This document shows positions 20,150 through 30,015 of a stretch of 64,000 bases of DNA, piece after piece. The translations under genes were made by a program, and so were the position numbers. Within the stretch, counting starts at the first letter, position 1; every line of letters begins with the position of its first letter. Below the pieces are notes generated by a model. The model was not told the origin of the DNA. It saw nothing but the letters and a program-made list of their open reading frames with translations, and did not search any database. Source of the stretch: an uncultured delta proteobacterium (GTDB lineage: Bacteria; Myxococcota; UBA727; VGSZ01); NCBI GenBank assembly GCA_963775425.1, contig CAVZJB010000011.1:448001-512000 (forward strand), given 5' to 3'.

Positions 20150-21550
20150 GTGGAGTCGCTCCTCCGCGCCTCGCTCGCTACGTTCGCGGCGCTCTCGATC
20201 CTCGGGGGGCTCTCGGCGTTGATGAAGATCGAGCCGCCGCACAGGCTCGACAAGCTCTTCGTCATCGTCCACCACGCCTTCGCGCTCCTCCTCGCGGTCG
20301 CCGCGCTGCTCGCGGCGCGCGTGGGCGGCGGCGACGGACGCGCCCTGTTGCTGTCGGCTGCGGCGCCGCTCCTGGTGCTGTGTCTGCAGGACGTCGTCAG
20401 CCCGCGCGTCGCGCTCCTCGGCGTCCCGCTGTTCGCCACCGGCGTGCTCGCGCAGGTGCTGGTGCTCGTTCACGCGATCCCCGCCGAGCTCGTCGGACCG
20501 ACGTGCGCGGGCATCGGCGCCGGCTCTTGCGCCGCCGGCGCGGTCGCCTGTGTCCTGCGCCGCCGCAGAGACAGGACCCCGAGGGTGCGGGCGCTCCTCG
20601 GCGCGCAGGCGCTCGCGCTGACGCTGGCGGTGGTCGCGGCGCTCCTCGGGTTCCTGCCCAACGACGTCGGCGCGTCCGCCTGGGCCGTCGGCCTCGGCAC
20701 CGCGGGCGCCGTCGCCACCGCCGCGCGGCTCGCGCCGCGCGCGCCGCCCGGGACGCGCGAGATCCTGAGCGGCGCCGTGGTCTTCTCGCTGTTGCTCGCG
20801 GTCGGGTCGGCGGCGTCGCTGCCGATCGCGGAGTCCTTGATCGCCGCGGGTTGGGCGGCGCAGGTGTCGGTGGCGGTCTTCGCTCTCGTGCGCGCGTCCG
20901 TCGACGTCGGGCGCGCCACGGCGCTGCCCCCGCGCGAGCCACCGCTCGACGTGGCGCTGCCGTCGGCGCAGGCGCTCGGGGCCATGGCGCCGTTCCTCGA
21001 CGACGCCATCTTGCGCCGGCCGGGACGCCCGCGCGTGATTGCGCGCGTCCCTGCGCGCCGGCTCCTCGACGCGGCGCTCGATCGCGCGCGCGGCGCGCAG
21101 CCCGCCCTGCGCGGCCGGCGCGAGGACGTCCTGCGCGTCGACGTGGTGGGCAGCGAGGTCGACGTCGACGTCGACGGCGACCCCGCCGACCTCGCCGAAG
21201 CGCTGTGTGCCGTCCTCGACAACGCCTTTCGCGCGCGCGTGGAACACCCCGACGTGCGGGTGGAGGTGCACCTGCGCGGCAGCCCCGCCGCGGTCACCTT
21301 CGAGATCTCCGACGTCCTGCCGGAGGGCGCCGAGCCCGCCCCCGGCGCCGGCATCGCCGACGCCGACGCCCCCTTCATGCACCCGCGCGCCGACGTCGAC
21401 CGCCCCGGCCTCGGCGTCTCCCTCGCCCGCGCCCGCGTCCTCGTCGAGCGAAACGGCGGCAAGCTCCTGACGCGCAGCTCCGCCGACGGCTCCACCGTGC
21501 AGGTGACGATGCCGCGCCGGATCCAGAAGGGCGCCGTGGGCCACGCGTAA
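20150..21550 (+). CDS. Multi-pass membrane protein with degenerate C-terminal HATPase_c domain
   Basis: About 8 hydrophobic segments; LAEALCAVLDNA (N box), PGLGVSLAR (G2); no H-box seen. Confidence 0.7.
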   Translation: MESLLRASLATFAALSILGGLSALMKIEPPHRLDKLFVIVHHAFALLLAVAALLAARVGGGDGRALLLSAAAPLLVLCLQDVVSPRVALLGVPLFATGVLAQVLVLVHAIPAELVGPTCAGIGAGSCAAGAVACVLRRRRDRTPRVRALLGAQALALTLAVVAALLGFLPNDVGASAWAVGLGTAGAVATAARLAPRAPPGTREILSGAVVFSLLLAVGSAASLPIAESLIAAGWAAQVSVAVFALVRASVDVGRATALPPREPPLDVALPSAQALGAMAPFLDDAILRRPGRPRVIARVPARRLLDAALDRARGAQPALRGRREDVLRVDVVGSEVDVDVDGDPADLAEALCAVLDNAFRARVEHPDVRVEVHLRGSPAAVTFEISDVLPEGAEPAPGAGIADADAPFMHPRADVDRPGLGVSLARARVLVERNGGKLLTRSSADGSTVQVTMPRRIQKGAVGHA

Positions 21551-21720
21551 CATCGCGCGCCCGCCGAGCAGACGGCGCGTCGTCGTCGTCCGGCGCACGT
21601 GCGCCGTCACGGTGAGGGGACTGCGATCCGGTTCTCGCGCCGCTGTGGCGGCGCGGGGCATGCGAGCCTCCGATCCGGCTCGTAGATCACGCCGACGGGC
21701 GCAACGCGATCCCCCCGCCC

Positions 21721-21846
21721 CGCGGTGGTCGCGGCCGCCGGTGCGCACGAGAGCCCTCCACACCGCTGCGAAGTCGCCACAGCGACACCGCTGCATCTTC
21801 CGCTTCGACGTCTCGGTGTCAGCGCACCGGCGGCGGGACCACCGCG
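21721..21846. repeat. Long imperfect inverted repeat (hairpin element) between convergent genes
   Basis: cgcggtggtc/gaccaccgcg (10 bp) and gccgccggtgcgc/gcgcaccggcggc (13 bp) arms. Confidence 0.8.
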
Positions 21847-21887
21847 CGTGCCGGCACTGACCCTTTTCCGCTGTGCGGATCACTTCT

Positions 21888-23186
21888 CTAGGGGTCGTCG
21901 ACGGGCGCGCGCTTCGCGCTCGGGTCGAGGCGCCGGCTGAGGAGGGCGCGGACGGCGTCGGTCGGCGCCGCCGCCAGCGCGCGCTCGCGATACCGGCGAC
22001 ACGTCTCGGCGTGGCCCGCGCGGCGATGGAGGTCGGCGAGGACCGCGTCCCAGAGGTAGGAGGCCTCGAGCCAGCGCGGAGGCGCCACGCCGTCGAGGAG
22101 CGCGAGCGCGGCTTCCACGCCCTGCCACTCGGCGACGGCGACGGCGCGGTTGAGCGCGTGAAGGGGCGACGGCGCGGCGCGCTCGAGCATGGCGTAGAGA
22201 TCGGCGATCTCCTTCCAGCGCGTGTCCGAAAACGACGGCGCGAAGCAGTGCTCGGCGGCGATGCCCGCTTCGGCGTGATAGCGCGAGAAGGTGCCGCCGC
22301 TCGCGGAGCGCGCGAGCCACGCGGCGCCGACGCGAATCCGGTCCTGGTCCCACAAGCTTCGATCCTGCTCCTCCAACAGCAGGAGGGCGCCGGCGCCGTC
22401 GACGCGGGCGGCGAAGCGCGCGGCGTGCAGGTGCATGAGCGCGAGCAACGCGAAGGTCTCGGGCGTCGCGCCGACGGGGTGCTCGGCGAGCAGCGTCGCG
22501 AGGCGCACCGCTTCGTCGCACAGCTCGTGCCGGAGCGCCGACTCCGCGCGCGCGCTCAGGTAGCCCTCGTTGAACAGCAGGTAGAGGACCTCGTGCACGC
22601 TCGCGATGCGCGTCGGCAGCGCGTCGAGCGGGAGTGAGGTGCGGCGCTCGACGGCGGTGCTCCGCAGCCGCTCGCGCGCGCGCTGCAGCCGCTTGTGCAC
22701 GTTCGCCTCGGTGGTGAACAGGCGCAACGCGATCTCCCCGGTGGAGAACCCGCACAGCGTCTTGAGGGCGAGGACCAGCCGCGACTCGCGCGGGATCTCT
22801 TCGTCGCAGCAAACGAAGAGCATGCGGAGCAGATCGTCGCGGACCTCGCCGGCGTAGTGCGCGGACGCCGGCGGCGCATCCACGGCCGCCATGCTCGCCA
22901 GCTCGGCCGCCGCCCCCTCGAGGATGCGCTTCCTGCCCGCGTCCTGTCGCAGCGCGCCGACGAGGTGGTTGCAGGCCACGCGATAGAGCCACGCGCCGGC
23001 GTCGTCGGGGACGCCCTTCGCCACCCACGCGCTCAGCGCCGCCGCGAGCGCGCTTTGCACCGCGTCCTCGACGAGCTCGATGTGCCGCACCCCGACCTTG
23101 CGCGCGAGCTGGGCCGTGAGCCTGCCGTACGCGTGGCGGAAGAAGTGCTCGACGAGCCCGGCCGCCGGGCCCTCGTCGCCGGTCAC
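21888..23186 (-). CDS. ECF sigma factor with long C-terminal extension (ECF42/DUF6596 type)
   Basis: EDAVQSA, WLYRVACN, LRMLFVCC, LYLLFNEGY, LLEEQDRSLWD, LNRAVA. Confidence 0.92.
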   Translation of the reverse strand: MTGDEGPAAGLVEHFFRHAYGRLTAQLARKVGVRHIELVEDAVQSALAAALSAWVAKGVPDDAGAWLYRVACNHLVGALRQDAGRKRILEGAAAELASMAAVDAPPASAHYAGEVRDDLLRMLFVCCDEEIPRESRLVLALKTLCGFSTGEIALRLFTTEANVHKRLQRARERLRSTAVERRTSLPLDALPTRIASVHEVLYLLFNEGYLSARAESALRHELCDEAVRLATLLAEHPVGATPETFALLALMHLHAARFAARVDGAGALLLLEEQDRSLWDQDRIRVGAAWLARSASGGTFSRYHAEAGIAAEHCFAPSFSDTRWKEIADLYAMLERAAPSPLHALNRAVAVAEWQGVEAALALLDGVAPPRWLEASYLWDAVLADLHRRAGHAETCRRYRERALAAAPTDAVRALLSRRLDPSAKRAPVDDP

Positions 23187-23569
23187 ATCTGCGCGCCGGC
23201 CATCTCACGCACCTCGATGCGCGCGCCCGGTCCGCTCGGCATCTCCTGCGCGATGCGCACGGCCTCCTCGATGCTGTCCGCGGACACGATCATGAAGCCG
23301 CCGACGACCTCCTTGGCCTCGACGAACGGCCCGTCGCTCACGCCCGCGGCGCTCACGAGCTTGCCGCCGGACTTCAGCTTGTCGCCCCAGTCCACGATGT
23401 TGTCCTTGAACTTGTCCTTCCAGGCGTTCCACTTCGCGAACATCGCCTGCATCTGCTCCGGCGAGGGAGCCGGCGAGGGAGCCGGCGAGGGAGCCGGCGA
23501 CGGCGCGGGCCCGGCTTGGCCCTGGGAAGGCGGGCTGCGATGGAGAAACAGGTACTTGTGGCTCGGCAT
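23183..23569 (-). CDS. YCII/DGPF-domain protein
   Basis: SDGPFVEAKEVVGGF, IEVRE; GGAGGAG RBS; overlaps the sigma start; APSP repeat insert. Confidence 0.92.
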   Translation of the reverse strand: MPSHKYLFLHRSPPSQGQAGPAPSPAPSPAPSPAPSPEQMQAMFAKWNAWKDKFKDNIVDWGDKLKSGGKLVSAAGVSDGPFVEAKEVVGGFMIVSADSIEEAVRIAQEMPSGPGARIEVREMAGAQM

Positions 23570-23759
23570 GGTCTCCTCCGTTATCCCCTTCGACGCGCGA
23601 GGGCACCCGGTCTGGACACCCACCCGTACGAATTTTCCTCTCTCCTCGCTGCGCCGCCCTCCGGTCTGCACTGTGCGAGCGCAGGAGGCGGCCGCCGGTG
23701 ATTTGCGGCCGCGGCCGAGCGACCCTTGCGCCGAGGCGTGCTCCGTGTAGCGTCGGCGC

Positions 23760-24821
23760 ATGATCGACGTCGTCGAGCTCACGGAGTCGCTGTGCTCCAT
23801 CCCGTCCGTCACCGGGGACGAGGCCGCCGCCGTCGACGACGTCGCCGCGCGCCTGAAGAAGCTCGGCGCCACGGTCACGCGGCAGCGGGTGCCCGACCAG
23901 GGCGAGGACAAGGCCGGCCGCGACAACCTCCTGGCGGTGCCCGCCGGCGCCGCCGCGCCCGAGCTGCTCTTGACCACGCACCTCGACACCGTGCCGCCGT
24001 TCCTGCCGCCCAAGCGCGTCGTCGCAGGCGGCGTCGAGCGGCTCACCGGCCGCGGCGTCATCGACGCCAAGGGCATCGCCGCGGCCATGATCGCAGCGTG
24101 GCAGACCCTGGTGGCCGCGGGCGAGACCCGCGTCGGCCTCCTGTTCGTCGTCGGCGAGGAGACCAACAGCGACGGCGCCCGCGCGGCCGCCGCCGGCTTC
24201 GCCCCGAAGGTGAAGCACTTCATCGACGGCGAGCCCACCGACGGCGTCCTCGTGCGCGCCATGAAGGGCGTGCTCGCCTTCGAGCTCGACGTCGACGGCG
24301 TCGCCGCGCACAGCGCGTACCCGGACGCCGGCAAGAGCGCCGTCCACCAGCTCATCGACGACCTCGCCCGCCTGCGCGCGGAGTCCTGGCCCGCCGACGA
24401 CGACGTCGGCGAGACCACGCTCAACGTCGGCGTGCTCGAGGGCGGCGTCGCCGCCAACGTCCTGGCGCCCCACGCGCGCGCCGTCTGCGTCATGCGCTGC
24501 AGCGCCGACGCAGACGCCCTCGAGGCGCGCATCCGGGGGCTGTTGTCGCCGTCGACGTTGATGGCGGTGCGCACGAAGAGCGGCCCGCAGCGCCTGGTGA
24601 CGCTGCCGGGCGAGGCCACCAAGGTGGTCGCGTTCGGCTCCGACGTGCCGCACCTCTCGCCGCTGTGCGCCGCCGCCGGCGGCCCGCTGCTCGTCGGGCC
24701 CGGCTCCATCCTCGACGCGCACACGTCCCACGAGGGCGTCGCCGTCGCCGACCTGCGCGCGGCCGTCGACGCGTACGCTTCCCTCAGCCGCCGCCTTCTC
24801 GCCGCCGGAGACGCCCGATGA
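23760..24821 (+). CDS. M20-family metallohydrolase (DapE/ArgE-like)
   Basis: [36 protein letters not shown]; directly upstream of dapD. Confidence 0.88.
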   Translation: MIDVVELTESLCSIPSVTGDEAAAVDDVAARLKKLGATVTRQRVPDQGEDKAGRDNLLAVPAGAAAPELLLTTHLDTVPPFLPPKRVVAGGVERLTGRGVIDAKGIAAAMIAAWQTLVAAGETRVGLLFVVGEETNSDGARAAAAGFAPKVKHFIDGEPTDGVLVRAMKGVLAFELDVDGVAAHSAYPDAGKSAVHQLIDDLARLRAESWPADDDVGETTLNVGVLEGGVAANVLAPHARAVCVMRCSADADALEARIRGLLSPSTLMAVRTKSGPQRLVTLPGEATKVVAFGSDVPHLSPLCAAAGGPLLVGPGSILDAHTSHEGVAVADLRAAVDAYASLSRRLLAAGDAR

Positions 24822-25756
24822 CCTCGCCCCTCGCCCCGCCCCTGCGCCCCGGCACCGTCGACGGCGGGAGCGTGCCCGACAAGGCGCGCGTCGACGCCGT
24901 CATGGCCGAGCTCGCACCGTTCCTGGACCTCGACGCCGCCGCTCTCATCGCCGACGACACCGCGCGCAACGCGCGCACCGCGTTCCGGCACTTCCTCGGG
25001 CTCCTCGAGGTGGGCGCCGTGCGCGCCGCCGGTCCCGTGGGCGCGGGCAAGGACGGCGCGCCGCGCTGGGAGGTCGACGCGCGGGTGAAGCGCGGCATCC
25101 TCTTTGGCTTCAAGCTCGGCAGGCTCGTCGAGCTCGGCGACGCCGCGCTGCCGTTCGTCGACAAGGACACCTACCCGGTGCGCGGCTTCGCCCCGGCCGA
25201 TCGGGTGCGCGTGGTCCCCGGCGGCTCGTCCGTGCGCCGCGGCGCGCACGTGGCGCCGAGCGTCACCATCATGCCGCCGGCGTACGTCAACGTCGGCGCG
25301 TTCGTCGACGAGGGCACGCTCGTCGACAGCCACGCGCTCGTCGGGAGCTGCGCGCAGATCGGCAAGCGGGTTCACCTGAGCGCGGCCGCGCAGGTGGGCG
25401 GTGTGCTCGAGCCCATCGGCGCCGTCCCCGTCGTCATCGAGGACGACGCGTTCGTCGGCGGCAACGTCGGCGTCTACGAGGGGACGCTCGTGCGCACGCG
25501 CGCGGTGCTGGCCGCCGGCGTGGTGCTCACCCGCTCCACCAAGGTGTTCGACGTCGTCAACGAGCGGGAGATCTCCGCCACGGCCGACGCGCCGCTCGAG
25601 ATCCCTGCCGGTGCGGTGGTGGTCCCCGGCTCGCGTCCGGCGTCGGGCGCGTGGGCCAAGGAGCGCGGGCTGCACGTCGCCACGCCGCTCATCGTGAAGT
25701 ACCGCGACGAAAAGACCGACGCCAAGGCGAGCCTCGAGTCCGTGCTGCGCGCCTGA
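24818..25756 (+). CDS. dapD: Tetrahydrodipicolinate N-succinyltransferase
   Basis: [44 protein letters not shown]. Confidence 0.95.
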   Translation: MTSPLAPPLRPGTVDGGSVPDKARVDAVMAELAPFLDLDAAALIADDTARNARTAFRHFLGLLEVGAVRAAGPVGAGKDGAPRWEVDARVKRGILFGFKLGRLVELGDAALPFVDKDTYPVRGFAPADRVRVVPGGSSVRRGAHVAPSVTIMPPAYVNVGAFVDEGTLVDSHALVGSCAQIGKRVHLSAAAQVGGVLEPIGAVPVVIEDDAFVGGNVGVYEGTLVRTRAVLAAGVVLTRSTKVFDVVNEREISATADAPLEIPAGAVVVPGSRPASGAWAKERGLHVATPLIVKYRDEKTDAKASLESVLRA

Positions 25757-25835
25757 GCGCCGTCGCCGCGGCTCCTCACACGCGCGCTGCCGGCGGGGGC
25801 GGACGGCGCGTGTTGTTACAGATGAGCGAAGAGCG

Positions 25836-28589
25836 ATGACGAAGCCCCTGCCCCCACGGCCCGAGGCGCCGGACGACCAGGCGCTCGTCGACGCGCTGGC
25901 GGGGCAATACGTCGTCGTCGCCCCCGACGTGCAGCTCACGGTCATCGCGGTGAGCGAGGCATACGCGCGCCTCGTGAGGTCCCGCCCCGAGGCAATCATG
26001 GGGCGGGGGCTCCTGGAGGTGCTCGCCGAGGATCTCCAGGACCGCGGCGCCTCGGTGGCGGACAGCATCGCCCGGGCGATCGAGTTGCGCGCGCCGGACG
26101 AGATGCCGCCCGAGCGCCGTGAGGATGACGGCGAGGAGCGCTGGCTTCGCGTGATCAACGCGCCGGTGCTCGGGGCGGACGGCGCGGTCCGCTCCGTCAT
26201 CCACCGCGTCGAAGACGTCACGTCTTGCGCGCGCAGGAGCGACGCCGGGATGGAGGCGCGCGCGAACGCGGTCGCGCAGATCGGGATCTGGTGGTTCGAC
26301 GTCGAGAACGACACGCGTCGCTGGTCCGACGAGCTCTACCGGATCTTCGGCGTCGCGCGAGGGACGGCGCTCAGTTGGGAGCGCCTCCTCGAGTGCGTCC
26401 ACCCCGATGATCGTGCGCAGCTCGCGCGCCTCCTGCCGGAGGCGAAGGGCGGTGCGACGATCGACTCCCAGTACAGGATCGTCGTCCGCGGTGAGACGCG
26501 CTGGGTGCGCGCGCGCACCGAGGTGCAGCCGGGCCCCGGGGGCATCCGCGTCGGCACCGTGCAGGACATCACCGATCTCAAGCGCGCCGAGGAGGACCTC
26601 GCCCGCGAGGAGGCGCTCCTGCGCAGCTTGTTCGAGGGAACCCCTGACGGGGTCTTCGTCGCCGACGGCGACGGCAACTACATCGACGTCAACCCCGCCG
26701 CGTGTCGCTTGCTCGGGTACTCCCGCGATGAGCTGCTCACCATGAACGTCAGGCAGCTCGTGGCGCCGAACGAGCTGCCGCGTCAGACGAGCCTGGTCGA
26801 CCGCCTGCGCGGCGGCGCGTTGGACGTCTCCGAGTGGCGCTTGAAGAAGAAGGACGGCACGTGGCTGCCGGTTGAGCTCAGCGCCAACGCGCTCCCCGAC
26901 GGCCGCCTGCAGGGGCTGGTGCGCGACATCACCGAGAGACGCCAGGCCGAGGACCGCCTCCGGCTCTCCGAGGAGAAGTACTCCGGCATCGTGTCCATGT
27001 CGGTCGACGCGGTCATCTCCATCGACGAGGACCAGCGCATCACCCTGTTCAACCAGGGCGCCGAGGCCATCTTCGGGTGGGCGCAGCGCGAGATCCTCGG
27101 GCAGCCGATCGACGTGCTGATCCCCGGGGCGCTCCGCGCGCTTCACCGAGAGCACATCGATGCTTTCGCTCGCGGCCCCGCCGCGTCGAAGCGGATGGGC
27201 GACCGAAACACCCCGATCGCCGGGAGGCGCAAAGACGGCGAGGAGTTCCCCGCCGACGCGGCCATCTCGAAGATCGACGTCGGCGGGCGACGCGTGCTCA
27301 CCGTGGTGCTCCGCGACGCCACCGAACAAAGGCGCGTGGAGCTCGAGGAGCGCTTCCTCTCCGAGGTCGGCGCGGTCCTCGCCAACACCCTGGACTTCGA
27401 CGACACGGTCGCGAGCATCGTGCGCCTCGCGCTCGACCTCGGCGACTGGAGCTTGCTGGTGGCGCTCGACGACGACGGCGGCATCCGCCGCACCGCGGTG
27501 TCGGCCGCGGACCCCGCGCGGCAACCCGCGGCGGACGCGCTCCGGAGCCTCCCCATCGGTCGCGGGCAGCCTCACCTCGGGCGCGAGGCGCTGTCGTCCG
27601 GGCGCCCCCACATCACGGTCTGTCGCACCGCCGAGCAAGTCCGCGACATGTTCCCCGACGACGAGCGCCGGCGGATCATCGAGGCGCTCGGCCTGGCGTC
27701 CGTGATGGAGGTGCCGCTGTTCGCCCACGGGCGGCTCGTGGGCGCGCTCGTGGTGGTCTCGGCTTCTCGTGTCAGGCGCTACGCCGCGACCGAGTTGCAC
27801 CTGCTCGACGGCCTCGGGCAGCGGGCGGCCCTGGCCCTCGAGAACGCGCGCCTGTACCACGCCGGGAAGGTGGCGCTCGAGGATCGCGACAGCGTGCTCG
27901 GCATCGTCGCGCACGACCTGCGCAACCCCCTCAACGCCATCCTGTTGGCGACGCAGGTGCAGGCCATGCGCGGCGCGGCGGGCGGGGGCCGGTCGGGCGA
28001 GACCATCAAGCACGCGGCGGAGCGGATGAACCGTCTGATCCAGGACCTGCTCGATGTCCGCCGCGCCGCCGCCGGCGGCCTCTCCCTCTCGCGCGAGCGC
28101 GTGGCACCGCGCGCCGCGTGCGAGGCCGCGGCGTCGGCGCAGCGACAGCTCGCGGAGGAGGCAGGGGTGGAGCTCGCCGTCGTCGCGCCCGCCGCCCTGC
28201 CGGACGCCTGGGGCGACGCCGGGCGCCTGTCGCAGGTGTTCGACAACCTGCTCGGCAACGCGCTCAAATTCACGCCGCGCGGAGGCCGCGTGACGCTCTC
28301 GGCGGCGCAGGAGGGGGACCACCTCTTGTTTCTGGTCGTCGACACGGGCCCCGGGATCCCCGAGGAGGTCCTCCCGCACGTGTTCGACCGTTTCTGGCAG
28401 GCCAAGAACGCCGACCGTGCGGGCGCAGGCCTCGGCCTCGCCATCGCCAAGGGGGTCGTGGAGGCCCACGGCGGTCGGATCTTCGTCGACAGCGTGCCTG
28501 GCCGAGGCGCCACGTTCGGCTTTACGATTCCGATCGCGCCGCGGTCCTCGTCGACGACCGGCGCCGAGCCGCCGCTCTCCGGCCGCTGA
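25836..28589 (+). CDS. Cytoplasmic multi-PAS/GAF sensor histidine kinase
   Basis: Several PAS motifs (VHPDDR, DVNPAAC, FNQGAEAIFG), GAF, AHDLRNPL, NALKFT, DTGPGI, GLGLAI. Confidence 0.95.
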   Translation: MTKPLPPRPEAPDDQALVDALAGQYVVVAPDVQLTVIAVSEAYARLVRSRPEAIMGRGLLEVLAEDLQDRGASVADSIARAIELRAPDEMPPERREDDGEERWLRVINAPVLGADGAVRSVIHRVEDVTSCARRSDAGMEARANAVAQIGIWWFDVENDTRRWSDELYRIFGVARGTALSWERLLECVHPDDRAQLARLLPEAKGGATIDSQYRIVVRGETRWVRARTEVQPGPGGIRVGTVQDITDLKRAEEDLAREEALLRSLFEGTPDGVFVADGDGNYIDVNPAACRLLGYSRDELLTMNVRQLVAPNELPRQTSLVDRLRGGALDVSEWRLKKKDGTWLPVELSANALPDGRLQGLVRDITERRQAEDRLRLSEEKYSGIVSMSVDAVISIDEDQRITLFNQGAEAIFGWAQREILGQPIDVLIPGALRALHREHIDAFARGPAASKRMGDRNTPIAGRRKDGEEFPADAAISKIDVGGRRVLTVVLRDATEQRRVELEERFLSEVGAVLANTLDFDDTVASIVRLALDLGDWSLLVALDDDGGIRRTAVSAADPARQPAADALRSLPIGRGQPHLGREALSSGRPHITVCRTAEQVRDMFPDDERRRIIEALGLASVMEVPLFAHGRLVGALVVVSASRVRRYAATELHLLDGLGQRAALALENARLYHAGKVALEDRDSVLGIVAHDLRNPLNAILLATQVQAMRGAAGGGRSGETIKHAAERMNRLIQDLLDVRRAAAGGLSLSRERVAPRAACEAAASAQRQLAEEAGVELAVVAPAALPDAWGDAGRLSQVFDNLLGNALKFTPRGGRVTLSAAQEGDHLLFLVVDTGPGIPEEVLPHVFDRFWQAKNADRAGAGLGLAIAKGVVEAHGGRIFVDSVPGRGATFGFTIPIAPRSSSTTGAEPPLSGR

Positions 28590-28650
28590 CGCTCGGCGGG
28601 GAGGAACCCGCGGCGGCTTCGGGCATCGAAGACGAACGAGAGGGAATTCC

Positions 28651-29235
28651 ATGACCATGAATGACATCGCAGTGATCGGCGGCGGCCCCGCGGGCGCCAG
28701 CGCCGCCGTCTTCCTTGCGCGCGCCAAGCTGTCCACGCTCGTCCTCGACGCGGACCAGGGCATCACCCGGCGGGCGCAGCTCGACAACGCGCCCGGCTTC
28801 CCCGAGGGGATCACGGGGCCGGCGTTCGTCGACAAGGGCCACGAGCACATCAAGCGCGCGGGCGCCACGCTGGTGAAGGCCAAGATCGCCTCGCTCACGA
28901 AGAAGGAGGACGGCTTCTTGCTCACCGCCGAGGGCGGGGAGACGTTCGAGGCCAAGCAGGTGCTCCTCGCCACGGGCGTCGGCGTCGACCTCGCCAAGCA
29001 GGCCGGCGTCGACGTGAAACCCGCCACCGAGCCGCGCATCAAGGAGATCGTCGCCGTCGACGGCGAGGGCCGCACCAACGTCGCCGGCGTCTGGGCCGCG
29101 GGCACCGTCGCCGGCGTGAGCGTCCACGTCGCCGTCACCGCGGGCGACGGCGCGCGCGTGGCCATCAACATCGTGAGCGCCCTGCGCGGCCAACGCCACG
29201 TCGATCACGACGTGCTCCCTGCGCCGCAGACGTAG
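28651..29235 (+). CDS. Short FAD-dependent oxidoreductase (TrxB-like FAD domain only)
   Basis: IGGGPAG, LLATG, TNVAGVWAAG; lacks the NADPH domain and CxxC. Confidence 0.85.
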   Translation: MTMNDIAVIGGGPAGASAAVFLARAKLSTLVLDADQGITRRAQLDNAPGFPEGITGPAFVDKGHEHIKRAGATLVKAKIASLTKKEDGFLLTAEGGETFEAKQVLLATGVGVDLAKQAGVDVKPATEPRIKEIVAVDGEGRTNVAGVWAAGTVAGVSVHVAVTAGDGARVAINIVSALRGQRHVDHDVLPAPQT

Positions 29236-29349
29236 CGAAGCGGCGCGGGCTGCTCCCTGGCGCGGGCCCGCCGCCGCGCTCTGGACGTGTGCGTCGCGCG
29301 CGGGGCGCGGGCGTTGCGCTTTGCGCGGGGATCGGTCGAGGCTCGTGCG

Positions 29350-30015
29350 ATGACCCCGGCGCCTCCCGCCCTCGAAGCGCGCGGCCTCACCGTGCGCTTC
29401 GACGGCCGCCCGGTGCTGGACGGCGTGGACTTCGCGCTCGCCGCCGGCGAGATCGCGGTCGTCGAGGGGCCGTCGGGCTGCGGCAAGAGCACCTTCCTGC
29501 GCGCGCTGGGCACGCTCCAACCCGTCGACGCGGGCACGCTCGCCCTCGGCGGTGCCCCCGCCGCGGGGATCGCGCCGCCGGCGTTCCGCGCGCGCGTCGC
29601 GTACGTGCCGCAGACGCCCGTGATGTTCGCCGGCAGCGTGGCCGACAACGTGCGCGCCGGACCGCGGCTGCGCGGCGTCAGGCTCGGCGACGACGACGTC
29701 GCGCGCCTGCTGTCCCGCTCCGCGCTGGCGCCGTCCATGGCGTCGCGCGCGGCGGGCGAGCTGTCGGGCGGCGAGAAGCAGCGCGTGGCCATCGCGCGCG
29801 CGCTGGCCAACGAGCCCGGCGTCATCTTGTTCGACGAGCCGACGTCGGCGCTCGACCCTGAAGCGAGCGCCGGAGTCATCGAGCTCGTCAAGCGCTGCGC
29901 CGCCGGCGGCTGCGGCGTCGTCGTCGTCACCCACGCGCGCGAGCAGGCGCGCGCGCTCGGCGGCACCCGCTACGCGTGCGAAGGCGGCCGCGTGACGAGG
30001 ACGGAGCCTGCATGA
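29350..30015 (+). CDS. fetA: ABC transporter ATP-binding protein (FetA/YbbL-like)
   Basis: [25 protein letters not shown]; paired with a UPF0014 permease. Confidence 0.8.
   Translation: MTPAPPALEARGLTVRFDGRPVLDGVDFALAAGEIAVVEGPSGCGKSTFLRALGTLQPVDAGTLALGGAPAAGIAPPAFRARVAYVPQTPVMFAGSVADNVRAGPRLRGVRLGDDDVARLLSRSALAPSMASRAAGELSGGEKQRVAIARALANEPGVILFDEPTSALDPEASAGVIELVKRCAAGGCGVVVVTHAREQARALGGTRYACEGGRVTRTEPA

Noticed and set aside
21888-23569. ECF sigma with long C-terminal tail plus DGPF protein as a novel system
   Set aside because: Matches the described ECF42-DGPF arrangement.
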